From assembly GCA_965656495.1 (NCBI GenBank), contig CBFHKU010000002.1:64001-128000 (forward strand): 64,000 nucleotides of DNA. Direction: 5' to 3'. A program made the position numbers and the translations under genes. Numbering within the stretch: position 1 is the first letter of the stretch; every line of letters starts with the position of its first letter. A model generated the notes under the pieces. The model made no database searches, was not told the DNA's origin, and saw nothing but the letters and a program-made list of their open reading frames with translations. Positions 44,819 to 55,190 of the stretch are shown here, piece by piece. This DNA is from Coraliomargaritaceae bacterium. GTDB lineage: Bacteria; Verrucomicrobiota; Verrucomicrobiia; Opitutales; Coraliomargaritaceae.

Positions 44819-46198
44819 TTAGGCGATCTCTGGCACAATCGCTTGGTGTTGCTTGAGTACCTCATGGATTTTAGCCAAAGGCACCTCAGCAGGCGTTCTA
44901 TTGAGTTGAGCGGCTAAAACAGCAGTCACCGCCGCGGCTTGCCCCATACCCATACTGCTGGCTTGCACGCGCGCCGCCGAGTTCGCCAAACGGTCACTGG
45001 AAACACAGCGACCTGCCACCATAATGTTTTTTGAGCCCTTTGGAATGAGCGCACTGCGCGGGATGGTGGGCACTGCGCCATGCGCCAGATGCTTGGGTTT
45101 TACCCCATTTTCATCATGTAGGTCGATCGGATAGAATGAATACGAAAGCGCGTCCTCAAAGACCCTACCGGAAGTGTAATCATCTACCGTGATGACCGTT
45201 TCCCCTTTAATGCGATAGGTTTCGCGGGAAGCAGTTTCGTTCATCATACGATCAATGGAGGCATTCTCGCCGCCTGGAATCGTTTTCAGGAACTTCAGCA
45301 TACGCAAAACCGACTTACGGCCCGCCAGATTGGTCTGGGTCTGCGTCGCTGCATTGGTGGAGTCGGCACCGAAGATGTGATTGACGTTCCCCCTTCCGCT
45401 ATTGATCGGCTGCATGACATTGCCGCTCCAAGTATCGCCTTTCTGCAAAGCTCCCGTCCGGAGTGCCTCCTGATACATGCCTTTGATCTGCTTGATATTC
45501 TTTCGTACGACATTTTTATCAATTCCCTTATAAATCACCACCTGCGTCCCCGGCTGCCGCGTTGCCTCTCTCATCCGCTCCATTCCCAGCATCCCCACGA
45601 CTTCAGCACCGCCGCTGCAGTCGATGATTTGGCGACAGCGTAACTGATACTGAACGCCCTGCCCAACCACATCGACCAGCCAACCCTTCTTGGTCTGTGT
45701 CACCTTTTGAGGAAACTGATAATAAGCCAGTGATACCCCAGCGTCCAGGCAAGCTTCCTCTGCCAGGAGCGAATACAGCTGTCCGTTGATATCAACATGA
45801 TACGGAACATGCGATTTGTGAACCTTGGTAAAGTCCTGTAGTTGTCGTCCATCCACTTCAACCGACTGCTTGACCAGTTCCCATCCGATACCGGAAATGA
45901 CCTGTTTGCCCCAAGCGTGAAACAGCCCCGGGAAACAGACGCCACCGGTGGTGGTGGTGCCGCCCAGTTGCGAATTGCGCTCAAGTAGCACCGTCTTGGC
46001 TCCCATGCGTCCCGCCTGAATCGCCGCCACATGCCCGGCAGAACCACCGCCAACCACAAGGACATCGACTTCCAGAAGATCCGGATCTTGAGAGCTCGGA
46101 GAAGGCAAATTCTCGGCACTTGCTTTATGCACCAAACCTGACGCAGCTAGAATTGCGGTTCCGGCGACCTTATTTTTGATAAATTGACGGCGATTCAT
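44819..46198 (-). CDS. Tat-exported FAD-dependent oxidoreductase
   Basis: MNRRQFIK Tat motif; VVGGGSAG; VAGRCVSSD...SAARV...MGQAA. Confidence 0.88.
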   Translation of the reverse strand: MNRRQFIKNKVAGTAILAASGLVHKASAENLPSPSSQDPDLLEVDVLVVGGGSAGHVAAIQAGRMGAKTVLLERNSQLGGTTTTGGVCFPGLFHAWGKQVISGIGWELVKQSVEVDGRQLQDFTKVHKSHVPYHVDINGQLYSLLAEEACLDAGVSLAYYQFPQKVTQTKKGWLVDVVGQGVQYQLRCRQIIDCSGGAEVVGMLGMERMREATRQPGTQVVIYKGIDKNVVRKNIKQIKGMYQEALRTGALQKGDTWSGNVMQPINSGRGNVNHIFGADSTNAATQTQTNLAGRKSVLRMLKFLKTIPGGENASIDRMMNETASRETYRIKGETVITVDDYTSGRVFEDALSYSFYPIDLHDENGVKPKHLAHGAVPTIPRSALIPKGSKNIMVAGRCVSSDRLANSAARVQASSMGMGQAAAVTAVLAAQLNRTPAEVPLAKIHEVLKQHQAIVPEIA

Positions 46199-46269
46199 AG
46201 TATGAATTTCTATGATGTTGATTATTCAGAAGACGTAATTAATATTGTCATACCTTTTAATGGGCGGTG

Positions 46270-47709
46270 TCATGACGCCTTTGCGGGCTTAAGAAGAAAC
46301 ACGCCTGCCAACACTGCCGGTACGATCAGACCAACCGGATAGGCGATACCGGTACCGAGCCCAAAGCCTTCCGGTGCCAACAAAATATAGGTGGTGCACA
46401 CCCCGCTCATGAACACCGCCGGCACGAAGGCAATCCAGTAATTCTTCGCCTGCTGGCGAAGATACATCGCAGCGGTCCATAGCACAATGGTGGCAATCAA
46501 CTGATTGGAAAAACCGAAGTAGCGCCAGATCACGCCAAAGTCCAAACGGGTGACCAACCATGCCACCGCGAACAGCGGCAAGGTAATCACCAGACGCCGG
46601 CCCACCGGTTTCTGGCAAAGCTTCGTAAAATCAGCGATGATCAAACGGGCGCTGCGGAAGGCGGTATCGCCGGAGGTGATCGGGCACGCCACCACCCCGA
46701 GGATCGCGAGCGCCCCACCGAGTTTGCCCAGCCAACTATTACAGATCGTCTGCACCGCCCAAGCGGCATTGTTCCCGTTTTCTGCCATCGCGGTATTCAA
46801 CTCGCCAATGCTGCCAAAAAAGCTCATTGCCGCCGCCGCCCAGATCAACGCCACCGCGCCCTCCGCAATCATCGCACCAAAAAAGACCGGCCGCCCCTGC
46901 CTCTCATTCGTCAGGCAGCGCGACATCATCGGCGACTGGGTCGAGTGGAATCCGGAGATCGCCCCGCAGGCGATGGTGATAAACAGCATCGGAAAGAGAA
47001 AATGCGTGTCCGGCTTCGCGTGCTGGTTCATCCATGTCGAAGCAGTCAGCTCGGGAATGGGTGCGCCATTGAGGAGCATCGCACCGAGCAAGCCGAGCGC
47101 CATGATCAGGAGCGCCGCCCCAAACAGCGGGTATATCCTGCCAATGATCTTATCAATCGGCAGAATTGTTGCGACCAGGTAGTAGGCAAAGATCACCAGC
47201 AACCAAAGGTCGAAGGTACCGAACGATCCAAGCGACATAAACTCACCGGTCAGACCCGTCAGGATCTTGGCGGGCCCGAGGATAAAGACCACACCCACCA
47301 ACAACAAGAGCACCACAGAGAAGGCCCGCATGAACTGACGAAAGCCGCCGCCCAAATGCTGCCCCACCACTTCCGGGATGCTCGCGCCCCCGTGACGCAA
47401 CGACAACATGCCGGAGAAATAGTCATGCACCGCGCCGGCAAAGATACTGCCGAACACGATCCAAAAAAAAGCACTCGGCCCATACAAGGCACCGAGGATT
47501 GCACCGAAGATCGGCCCCAGTCCGGCGATATTCAGAAACTGAATCATAAAGATCCGCCAAGTCGGCAGCGGCACATAGTCCACCCCATCCTGCTTCGCGA
47601 TCGCCGGGGTGGCGCGTGCGGGATCGATCCCGAAGATTTTCTCCACGATGCGTCCGTAAATAAAATATGCCGCAAGTAGAATGAGTAGTGAGATAAAGAA
47701 TGTAATCAT
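46270..47709 (-). CDS. Carbon starvation CstA-family transporter
   Basis: QFLNIAGLGPIFG, GAVHDY, ITIACGAISGFH, TSGDTAFRSAR, FGFSNQ. Confidence 0.93.
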   Translation of the reverse strand: MITFFISLLILLAAYFIYGRIVEKIFGIDPARATPAIAKQDGVDYVPLPTWRIFMIQFLNIAGLGPIFGAILGALYGPSAFFWIVFGSIFAGAVHDYFSGMLSLRHGGASIPEVVGQHLGGGFRQFMRAFSVVLLLLVGVVFILGPAKILTGLTGEFMSLGSFGTFDLWLLVIFAYYLVATILPIDKIIGRIYPLFGAALLIMALGLLGAMLLNGAPIPELTASTWMNQHAKPDTHFLFPMLFITIACGAISGFHSTQSPMMSRCLTNERQGRPVFFGAMIAEGAVALIWAAAAMSFFGSIGELNTAMAENGNNAAWAVQTICNSWLGKLGGALAILGVVACPITSGDTAFRSARLIIADFTKLCQKPVGRRLVITLPLFAVAWLVTRLDFGVIWRYFGFSNQLIATIVLWTAAMYLRQQAKNYWIAFVPAVFMSGVCTTYILLAPEGFGLGTGIAYPVGLIVPAVLAGVFLLKPAKAS

Positions 47710-48182
47710 AATCTGATCAGGTCGGATTCGGGGTAACTGTTTCTGTATTTCCGTGAGTCAGAAAACTCAATTCTAAGAAGACATTAAGAGACCCACCAGT
47801 TACCTGCAATCTGATAGTCACTAAATCTACTGCTTCTCTGAATCTGAATACCGCCACCCTCGCAGTTTCGATAAACCAAGCTCGCATAGCTTTGATTTCA
47901 TCAAAAAAACTTCGCATCGCTTACGCACGACCCATACCGGAGAACTCTGCATCCCTCATCTAGGAGAACGGTTTCGCTTCGGGCCCAACCTCGATACAGA
48001 CTGGGATGAGCAATAGGATGGAGCATCCACGGAAGGCCTAAGGTCCCCATCGTGTTAAGTTCGGGTTTCATCAAAAGAGCCGAACAAATCCAATACTCGA
48101 AATGCCGAGACGGGTTGTTTAAAGCCCTCTTTTAAGCCGCAATCACTAAAGATATTTCTCTCGGAGGTAGGGCCAAACCGAA

Positions 48183-49391
48183 TTATACTCTCCCAATTGC
48201 AATCGGCGGATGCTTCATCATCTGATCGAAAACCAGTGCCAAACATCCCCGCAAGCGATCATCCTCCGATTGACTAATAACCAACTGAATATCCTCAGCC
48301 ATATACGGCAGAGTCGCTGCCATTAGCGCCTCACGAATCTCAGAATCCACTAGAGTCATCAGGCCTGCGAGGCGGCCTCCCACAACGATAATTGATGGGT
48401 TCACAGTCTGAACCAAGCTCGCCAAGCCACTGCCCAGTTGAGCGGCGACCGAGCTAAGAATCTGCAACACATCTGCATCGCCCTCCTTGGCCCTCTCAAC
48501 TGCAAACGCAATCCAATCATCTCGGCCGCTCCCAGCATCCGGCACTGGCACTCCAGCCTCCAGTAATTTCCGCTGAACAGCGGCCGCACCAATTTCCGTC
48601 ACCCAGCAACCATACTTCCCGCAGCTGCATTTTACCCCATTATCGGCAAAAAATGTATGCCCCACTTGCCCGGCAAAACCCTGCTTACCTCGCAACAAGA
48701 CACCATCCACAAAAACGCCTGAGGCCAAACCCGCTCCAACACTGAGATAAACAAGATTCTGAGCCCCTGGACGCGGCCCAAAGTGATGCGCCCAAATCGC
48801 ACCAACATGCGCCTCGTTTTCAACATGCACCGACACACCAAAGCGAGACTCCCAATCCGATTTCAACGGCACATGCTGCCACCCGGAAGTCGGACCATAT
48901 TCAAGCCGCCCATCCTCTCGTTTCACCAAACCAGCCCATGCCACACATATTCCGCGGCAGGGCAGATCCATCGACCGCCCAAGCTCAAGCGCCTGATCCA
49001 CCAGATCCACAACCTGCGAGAGCGCCTGATCAGCGCCCACACTTCCAGGCAAAGCCATCTCCTCACGCCATAGAGTCTCCATGCCCACATTCGCCAATAC
49101 CACTGAGATCCGATCCACATCAATGTCCACCGCTATCATCGATCCCGAATTCGGATTCAGATTCAGCAGTAATCCCGGACGCCCAGCATCGCCCTGATCA
49201 TATTCCGTCTCACGAATCAGCGATGCATTCAGTAAATCAGTCGCAATATTCGAGACCGTGGCACGCGTTAAGCCCAGCGCCGTCGCAATTTTCGCCCGCG
49301 ACATCGCACCGTTCGCACGCAATTGATCCAGAACGCTGACCACATTCAATCTGCGAATATCACTACGATCATAACGCTGCTTCGTAGACAT
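48183..49391 (-). CDS. ROK-family repressor (XylR/NagC-like)
   Basis: N-terminal HTH (MSRAKIATALGLTRATVS), GRP, ENEA, GQVGH, CSCGKYGC. Confidence 0.93.
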   Translation of the reverse strand: MSTKQRYDRSDIRRLNVVSVLDQLRANGAMSRAKIATALGLTRATVSNIATDLLNASLIRETEYDQGDAGRPGLLLNLNPNSGSMIAVDIDVDRISVVLANVGMETLWREEMALPGSVGADQALSQVVDLVDQALELGRSMDLPCRGICVAWAGLVKREDGRLEYGPTSGWQHVPLKSDWESRFGVSVHVENEAHVGAIWAHHFGPRPGAQNLVYLSVGAGLASGVFVDGVLLRGKQGFAGQVGHTFFADNGVKCSCGKYGCWVTEIGAAAVQRKLLEAGVPVPDAGSGRDDWIAFAVERAKEGDADVLQILSSVAAQLGSGLASLVQTVNPSIIVVGGRLAGLMTLVDSEIREALMAATLPYMAEDIQLVISQSEDDRLRGCLALVFDQMMKHPPIAIGRV

Positions 49392-49443
49392 GGCACAAAC
49401 AAGGCATTTTTTTTTAACTTGCTAAAGCATGAAATCAAACATT

Positions 49444-49462
49444 GTTTGTTTACTTAGTAAAC
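49444..49462. promoter_or_regulatory. Candidate ROK operator
   Basis: GTTTGTTTACTTAGTAAAC containing the perfect palindrome GTTTACT-T-AGTAAAC, in the divergent ROK/operon spacer; resembles GTTT-N11-AAAC XylR sites. Confidence 0.65.
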
Positions 49463-49520
49463 TTTTGCGCATTCTAAACTAATTTGGAACCCCAAGTGCC
49501 CACATCCGGCCATAAATACT

Positions 49521-50975
49521 ATGAAGCAACAGATACCTCAGGTCACACGCCGCGACTTCCTAAAATCCTCCGCAGCATTCGGAGCTTTCACGATTCTGCC
49601 ATCCTATGTGGCACTCGGTAATCAGTCCTCGACCGGACTGGCCCCCAGCGAAAAAGTGAACCTTGCCGTCGTCGGCATCGGCAATCAGGGAAATCGCGAC
49701 CGCAGGGCAATGCTCGCCACGAAGCTGTGCAACGTGGTCGCCCTCTGCGATATCGACATGGAAGGCACCCACACCCGCGAAGCACGCTACACACACGGCC
49801 TCACCAACACACCACCGCCCTCCAAAAAAGGCAAGGAGCCCCCCAAGCAGCTTCCACTCAAGGCGCGCGCCTTCACCGACTTTCGTGTCATGTTTGATGA
49901 GATGGGTGACGAAATCGACGCCGTCCTGATCGCGACCCCCGACCACTCCCACTTCGCCGTTGCGATGCTCGCCATGTCACTCGGCAAGCACATCTACGTG
50001 GAGAAGCCCCTCGCCCACACCTACGGCCAGTGCGCACGCCTAATTGACTTGGCCGAACGCAGCGGCGTCGCCACACAGATGGGCAACCAGGGGCATTCCG
50101 GCGCCAACTACTTTCAATTCAAGGCCTGGCGTGAAGCCGGCGTGATCAAAGACGTCACACGCATCACCGCCCACATGAACAAGGCTCGCCGTTGGCACGG
50201 TTGGGGCACCTCAGCCACCGAATACCCGCAAGAACCTATACCGAAGGGCATCAACTGGGATCAGTGGCATGATGTAGTCGCAACTGAGCGCCCCTTCAGC
50301 ACGAAGCTTCACCCTCAGGAATGGCGCAGCTGGTATGAATTCGGCAGTGGCTGTTTTGGTGACTGGGGGCCACACATCCTCGACACCTGCCACCGTTTCC
50401 TTGAACTGGGACTTCCCGAGACCATCACTGCGGTCAAGCGCGACGGCGCAAATGATTTCGTCTTCCCGCAAGCAACGACCATTCAGTTTTCCTTCCCAGA
50501 GCGCGCAGCCGATCTCCCCGCCTGCGATGTCACTTGGTATGACGGGACGAATAACAAGCCTATGCTCGATGGCGAATACACTGAAAGCGGTCAACCCGAA
50601 ACCTTGAAACACCCGGGTAAGGTCATTTACAGCAAGGACCTCGTCTTCAAAGGGGGCTCCCACGCGAACCCGCTGCAGATCATCCCACGACAAAAATACA
50701 TAGACATGCGTCGCGATCTACCAAGGTTCCCGCAAAAGAACTCCAACCACTACGAAAATTTCCTGCTCGCTTGCAAAGGCGAAGAACAAACACGCTCTCC
50801 GTTCAGCGTCAGCGGCGAGCTCAGCCAAATGTTCAACCTTGGCGTGATCGCACAACGACTCGGCGGCGAAATCAAGTTTGACCGGCAAACCAAACGCATC
50901 ACCAACAACGCAACCGCACAGGCACTCCTCGACCCCGCACCTCGCAAGCGCTGGGAAGAATTCTACAAAATGTAA
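49521..50975 (+). CDS. Tat-exported Gfo/Idh/MocA oxidoreductase
   Basis: TRRDFLK; VGIGNQG; ATPDHSH; YVEKPL; QMGNQG; GDWGPHILD. Confidence 0.93.
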   Translation: MKQQIPQVTRRDFLKSSAAFGAFTILPSYVALGNQSSTGLAPSEKVNLAVVGIGNQGNRDRRAMLATKLCNVVALCDIDMEGTHTREARYTHGLTNTPPPSKKGKEPPKQLPLKARAFTDFRVMFDEMGDEIDAVLIATPDHSHFAVAMLAMSLGKHIYVEKPLAHTYGQCARLIDLAERSGVATQMGNQGHSGANYFQFKAWREAGVIKDVTRITAHMNKARRWHGWGTSATEYPQEPIPKGINWDQWHDVVATERPFSTKLHPQEWRSWYEFGSGCFGDWGPHILDTCHRFLELGLPETITAVKRDGANDFVFPQATTIQFSFPERAADLPACDVTWYDGTNNKPMLDGEYTESGQPETLKHPGKVIYSKDLVFKGGSHANPLQIIPRQKYIDMRRDLPRFPQKNSNHYENFLLACKGEEQTRSPFSVSGELSQMFNLGVIAQRLGGEIKFDRQTKRITNNATAQALLDPAPRKRWEEFYKM

Positions 50976-51001
50976 GCCCCCAGCTTTAACTGTATCCAAA
51001 A

Positions 51002-52336
51002 ATGAAATACACCGCCATCTTTACAGCCTTGCTAGCTGCTACGTCCCTGAGCTTCGGTAACCAAATCTCCGCAGACCAGCAGCAGTTCATCAAGAAATAC
51101 GAAAAGCAGAAAGCCATCACCGCTCCGGAGGAAGCTCTGCTGAATACGGACACGGAGCCGGACCTCAGCGAGGGCTTCACCGAGCTCTACAACGGCAAGG
51201 ACCTCAGCGGCTGGACCCCGATTGGCGGCCACTGCACCTTTGAGGCCACACCCGAAGCAATCGTTGGCAAATGCGTCAAAGGCTCCCCCAGCACCTACCT
51301 GAGCACAGATAAAAACGATTACACCGATTTCATCTTTACCGCAGAACTGAAATGGCTCGTCGACGGCAACTCCGGCGTGATCTTTCGCGGCACACCCAAG
51401 CCCACTAAAAATGGAGAGCCCACCGCCGTTGGCCCGCAAGCTGAGATGGAAGGTTTTGAAGGCCACAATGGTGAGCGTGGCTGGTCAGGTGGGGTTTATG
51501 CACAAGGCTATGGAGGATGGCTCTACCCTCTCTGGCTCGACGCACATGCGAAAGCACGCAAAGCACTCAAAAAAGACCAGTGGAACCGCATCACGGTAAA
51601 GGCTGTTGGCTCAAGCATCAAGACATGGGTCAATGGTGTTCCTGCCGCCAACTACACCGAACAGCATGGCTACAACAAAGGGTTCTTCAGTCTTCAAGTT
51701 CACTCTGGCACGAAAGGCGAAGTGCACTTCCGCAATATAAAAGTAAAAGAGCTCACCGATGGCTTCGAAGACCTCTTTGCGACAGGCGACTTCTCCAAAT
51801 GGACCAAAGTCAACGGCGACCCCGTAGCTAAGGGATGGAGCATTCACAACGGCGTCATCCAACGCAGTGGCATACGCCCTGGAGACATAATCACCCAGCA
51901 GCACTATGAAAACTTCGAACTGCGCTTCGACTGGAAGATATCCAAGGCCGGCAACTCAGGCGTCAAATATCGGACTCGCGGCAGCCTCGGCCTCGAATAT
52001 CAGGTGCTCGACGACGCGAAACACAAGGATCGTAAAAACCCGACACATCGAGCAGCCTCACTCTACGAACTAGTCGCGGCTCCAGAAAGCAAGCCACTCA
52101 AGCCCGTCGGCGAGTGGAACCACGCTCGCATCCTGGCCAAAGGCAACACCATTGAACACTGGCTTAATGGCGAGAAGGTCGTTGAAATTGCGGTTGGCAG
52201 TGACGACTGGAAAACGAAGTTCCAAAATAGCAAATATAAGAAGCACGAAGGTTTCGGCAGCTGGGCTGGCCCTATCCTCCTGCAAGACCACAACGACGAG
52301 GTTTGGTATCGAAACGTTCAAATCCGCGAACTGTAA
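51002..52336 (+). CDS. Secreted tandem DUF1080 (3-keto-glycoside processing) protein
   Basis: Signal peptide; two domains each with L[YF]xG.D.S.W, GNSGV, WN, LQ.H...V.[FY]RN. Confidence 0.9.
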   Translation: MKYTAIFTALLAATSLSFGNQISADQQQFIKKYEKQKAITAPEEALLNTDTEPDLSEGFTELYNGKDLSGWTPIGGHCTFEATPEAIVGKCVKGSPSTYLSTDKNDYTDFIFTAELKWLVDGNSGVIFRGTPKPTKNGEPTAVGPQAEMEGFEGHNGERGWSGGVYAQGYGGWLYPLWLDAHAKARKALKKDQWNRITVKAVGSSIKTWVNGVPAANYTEQHGYNKGFFSLQVHSGTKGEVHFRNIKVKELTDGFEDLFATGDFSKWTKVNGDPVAKGWSIHNGVIQRSGIRPGDIITQQHYENFELRFDWKISKAGNSGVKYRTRGSLGLEYQVLDDAKHKDRKNPTHRAASLYELVAAPESKPLKPVGEWNHARILAKGNTIEHWLNGEKVVEIAVGSDDWKTKFQNSKYKKHEGFGSWAGPILLQDHNDEVWYRNVQIREL

Positions 52337-52420
52337 GAATCATCTTCAATCTTCAAGCACCACCGTGTCGACGGTTCCGTCCGTCACGAGGAATCCCTCA
52401 AGCACTCTCATCAGCTCCAA

Positions 52421-54049
52421 ATGCAAAACAACATCGAACAAATCCAATCCATCCAAAGCCGTGGCTTCCTCGGCAGACTGGCTGGCTACGCAAAACTGAC
52501 CGGCCCAGGCTGGGTGCAAGCAGCGGTCACCCTCGGTGGTGGCTCGCTCGTCGGCGCGCTCTACCTGGGCATCATTGGTGGTTACGAGTTCCTTTGGCTG
52601 CAACCACTCGCGATGCTGTGCGGCATCATCATGCTCGGGGCAATTTCCCATGTCACACTCTCCTGCAAAGAACGCCCCTTTCGTCTCATGCAGAAGAAAG
52701 TATCGCCGACGCTCGCCTGGAGCTGGCTCATCGCCACAGTGATTGCAGACACCGTATTCTGTGCCGCCCAGTTCTCACTCGGTCGCGGTGCATTAGAAGA
52801 CAACTTGGGCTTCACGCCCGGGCCCTACGTGATCACCGGTTCTTTGTTCGTAGTGGCACTCTTACTCATCGCGCTCTCACAGAAAAACGATCGAGCCTCC
52901 CGCATCATCGACAATTTACTCAAATCGCTGGTCGCAATCATCGTCCTGGCATTCATGGGGGTCGTCGTTACCCTGATAAAGAATGATGCCGTATCGTGGG
53001 GCAGCCTTTTCGCCGGCCTCATACCGGACTTCTCCGCGCTCTTTCGGCCAACCGATCAAATCGCAGCCGCCATCGCCACGACTGGCGAACATGCCGCTTA
53101 CTGGACAGAATATGTCACATCCGAGCAACGAGGTAAGATCATCGCCGCCTTTGGCACCGCTGTCGGCATTAACATGACCTTCCTACTCCCCTACAGCCTC
53201 AAGAAAAAAGGCTGGGGTAAAGCACACCGCCAACTCTCGCGTTACGACCTCGTATTGGGACTGTTCGTGCCATTCATCTTGGGAGCGTCTGCCCTCGTCA
53301 TCGCATCTGCGGCCTCCTTCCATGCCAAACATGCAGATGTGATCGCAGCAGATGGCACGCCCTTTCCGGAAATGGAAAAAGCCTATTACAAAGTGTTGGA
53401 TGGCAGCTTAGCCACACACAACGAGGCATTCCTCACACTGGACAGCACCGCAAAAAGCGCGGCACGCGCATCTGCTCCACTAGCAGAGAAGCAGCTAGCC
53501 GCCATGCTATCCAATCGCGACTCAGTCAATCTCGCGCAATCCCTTGAGCCCTTCCTGGGCAAATATGCACAGACCATTTTCGGCATCGGCGTGCTGGCCA
53601 TGGCAATCTCCACCTTGCTCGTTCACATGATGATGAATGGCTACGCGATCAGCGAAGCATTCAATAAAGTGGGTAATGCGAAAATATTCATCATCGGTGC
53701 ATCCATGCCAGCCATCGCGGGTTTCTTCTCCCCTTACCTCTGGAGTGGCGATGCCAAGGCCGCCATGGCGATCCCCGCCTCCGTCATCGCCACCACTCTG
53801 CTGCCGATTGCTTACCTCGCCTTCCTGCTACTGATGAACTCCAAGTCGGCACTGGGCGAAAACCTCCCCAAAAACCGCATGCTCATCAACACACTCATGG
53901 CGATCTCCGCAGGCGTCGCCACCTTTGCCTCCATCTGGGCACTCTACAACAAAGGCACCCCCGGTATCATCGGCATCATCGGCTTACTGATTCTTGCTGC
54001 CATGGGAGTGAGCGGATTCGCCTCAAAGAACAAATCATCAGCACAATAA
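52421..54049 (+). CDS. NRAMP-related (APC superfamily) transporter
   Basis: About 11 TM; TGPGWVQAAVTLGGGS, GYEFLWLQ, GTAVGINMTF. Confidence 0.75.
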   Translation: MQNNIEQIQSIQSRGFLGRLAGYAKLTGPGWVQAAVTLGGGSLVGALYLGIIGGYEFLWLQPLAMLCGIIMLGAISHVTLSCKERPFRLMQKKVSPTLAWSWLIATVIADTVFCAAQFSLGRGALEDNLGFTPGPYVITGSLFVVALLLIALSQKNDRASRIIDNLLKSLVAIIVLAFMGVVVTLIKNDAVSWGSLFAGLIPDFSALFRPTDQIAAAIATTGEHAAYWTEYVTSEQRGKIIAAFGTAVGINMTFLLPYSLKKKGWGKAHRQLSRYDLVLGLFVPFILGASALVIASAASFHAKHADVIAADGTPFPEMEKAYYKVLDGSLATHNEAFLTLDSTAKSAARASAPLAEKQLAAMLSNRDSVNLAQSLEPFLGKYAQTIFGIGVLAMAISTLLVHMMMNGYAISEAFNKVGNAKIFIIGASMPAIAGFFSPYLWSGDAKAAMAIPASVIATTLLPIAYLAFLLLMNSKSALGENLPKNRMLINTLMAISAGVATFASIWALYNKGTPGIIGIIGLLILAAMGVSGFASKNKSSAQ

Positions 54050-54056
54050 TTTTATA

Positions 54057-55103
54057 ATGAAATTCGGAATAATCGGAACCGGCATGATCGGTGGCTTCCA
54101 CGCCAAAGCGATCGCAGCGATGACAAGCGGCAGACTCATCGGAGCGGCGGATCGTGTGCTTGAACGCACACAGGCCTTTGCCGAGCAATACAACACCAAG
54201 GCCTACGACTCGGTCGAAGCCATGCTCGCAGATCCGGCAATTGACCTCGTCACCATCGGCACTCCGTCCGGCGCGCACTTCGATCCGGCGATGGCCGCGA
54301 TCGCTGCCGGCAAGCACGTCATCATCGAGAAGCCGCTGGAAATCACCACCGAACGCATCGATCAAATGGTCGCCGCGGCCAAAGCCAAGGGCGTCACACT
54401 CGCCGCCGTGCTCAACCGCCGCTTCCACCCGGGCATGGATGCCTTTAAAAAGGCCGCCGACGATGGACGTTTCGGTAAGCTCACCAACGCTTCCGCCTAC
54501 ATCAAATGGTATCGCGACCAAGCCTACTACGACTCCGCAGGCTGGCGTGGCACCTGGGCACTCGACGGCGGCGGCGCACTCATGAATCAATCGATTCACA
54601 CCATCGACGCCCTGCTCTACCTCGCAGGTCCGGTCAAATCGGTGCAGGCCAACACCGCCTGCCTCGCACATACCGACATCGAGGTCGAAGACATCGCCGT
54701 TGCGATCGTTGAATTTGAGAACGGCGCACGTGGCGTCATCGAAGGCAGCACCTGCACCTGGTCGAAAGACGGCCACCCGGCACGCGTGCAACTCTCGGGC
54801 ACCGAGGGCTCCGTGTTCCTCGCCGATGAAGCCTTTGAGATCTGGGACTTCATGAACGAGACCGAAGAGGACGAGCAAGTCCGCGCCCAATTCATGCATG
54901 GAGCCGACGCCGGCCTCGGCGCCAACGACCCAAGCGCCATCAACTTTTACCAGCACCAGCGCAACTTCGAAGAAGTCGTCAACGCCATCCAGGAAGGCCG
55001 AGAACCAAGCACCAACGCCGCGGAAGCCCGCAAGAGTGTTGAGCTCATTCAAGCTATTTATAAATCCGCTCAAAACGGCGGCGCCAAAATTGAACTCACG
55101 TAA
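54057..55103 (+). CDS. Cytoplasmic Gfo/Idh/MocA oxidoreductase
   Basis: IIGTGMIG, TPSGAH, IEKPL, WRGTWALDGGGALMNQSIH. Confidence 0.93.
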   Translation: MKFGIIGTGMIGGFHAKAIAAMTSGRLIGAADRVLERTQAFAEQYNTKAYDSVEAMLADPAIDLVTIGTPSGAHFDPAMAAIAAGKHVIIEKPLEITTERIDQMVAAAKAKGVTLAAVLNRRFHPGMDAFKKAADDGRFGKLTNASAYIKWYRDQAYYDSAGWRGTWALDGGGALMNQSIHTIDALLYLAGPVKSVQANTACLAHTDIEVEDIAVAIVEFENGARGVIEGSTCTWSKDGHPARVQLSGTEGSVFLADEAFEIWDFMNETEEDEQVRAQFMHGADAGLGANDPSAINFYQHQRNFEEVVNAIQEGREPSTNAAEARKSVELIQAIYKSAQNGGAKIELT

Positions 55104-55148
55104 CGCATTCAGATTATTCAGATTTCGTTCGTAGCTGCACGCTACGCC

Positions 55149-55186
55149 CCCACTTTCAAACCTTCCCACTTTCCCACTTTCATACT
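55149..55186. repeat. Octamer repeat tract (CCACTTTC-like)
   Basis: CCCACTTT CAAACCTT CCCACTTT CCCACTTT CATACT directly upstream of 55191. Confidence 0.6.
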
Positions 55187-55190
55187 CTTT

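Noticed and set aside
53976..55169. 397-aa ORF antisense to the Gfo/Idh/MocA gene
   Set aside because: Shadow ORF; no independent evidence.
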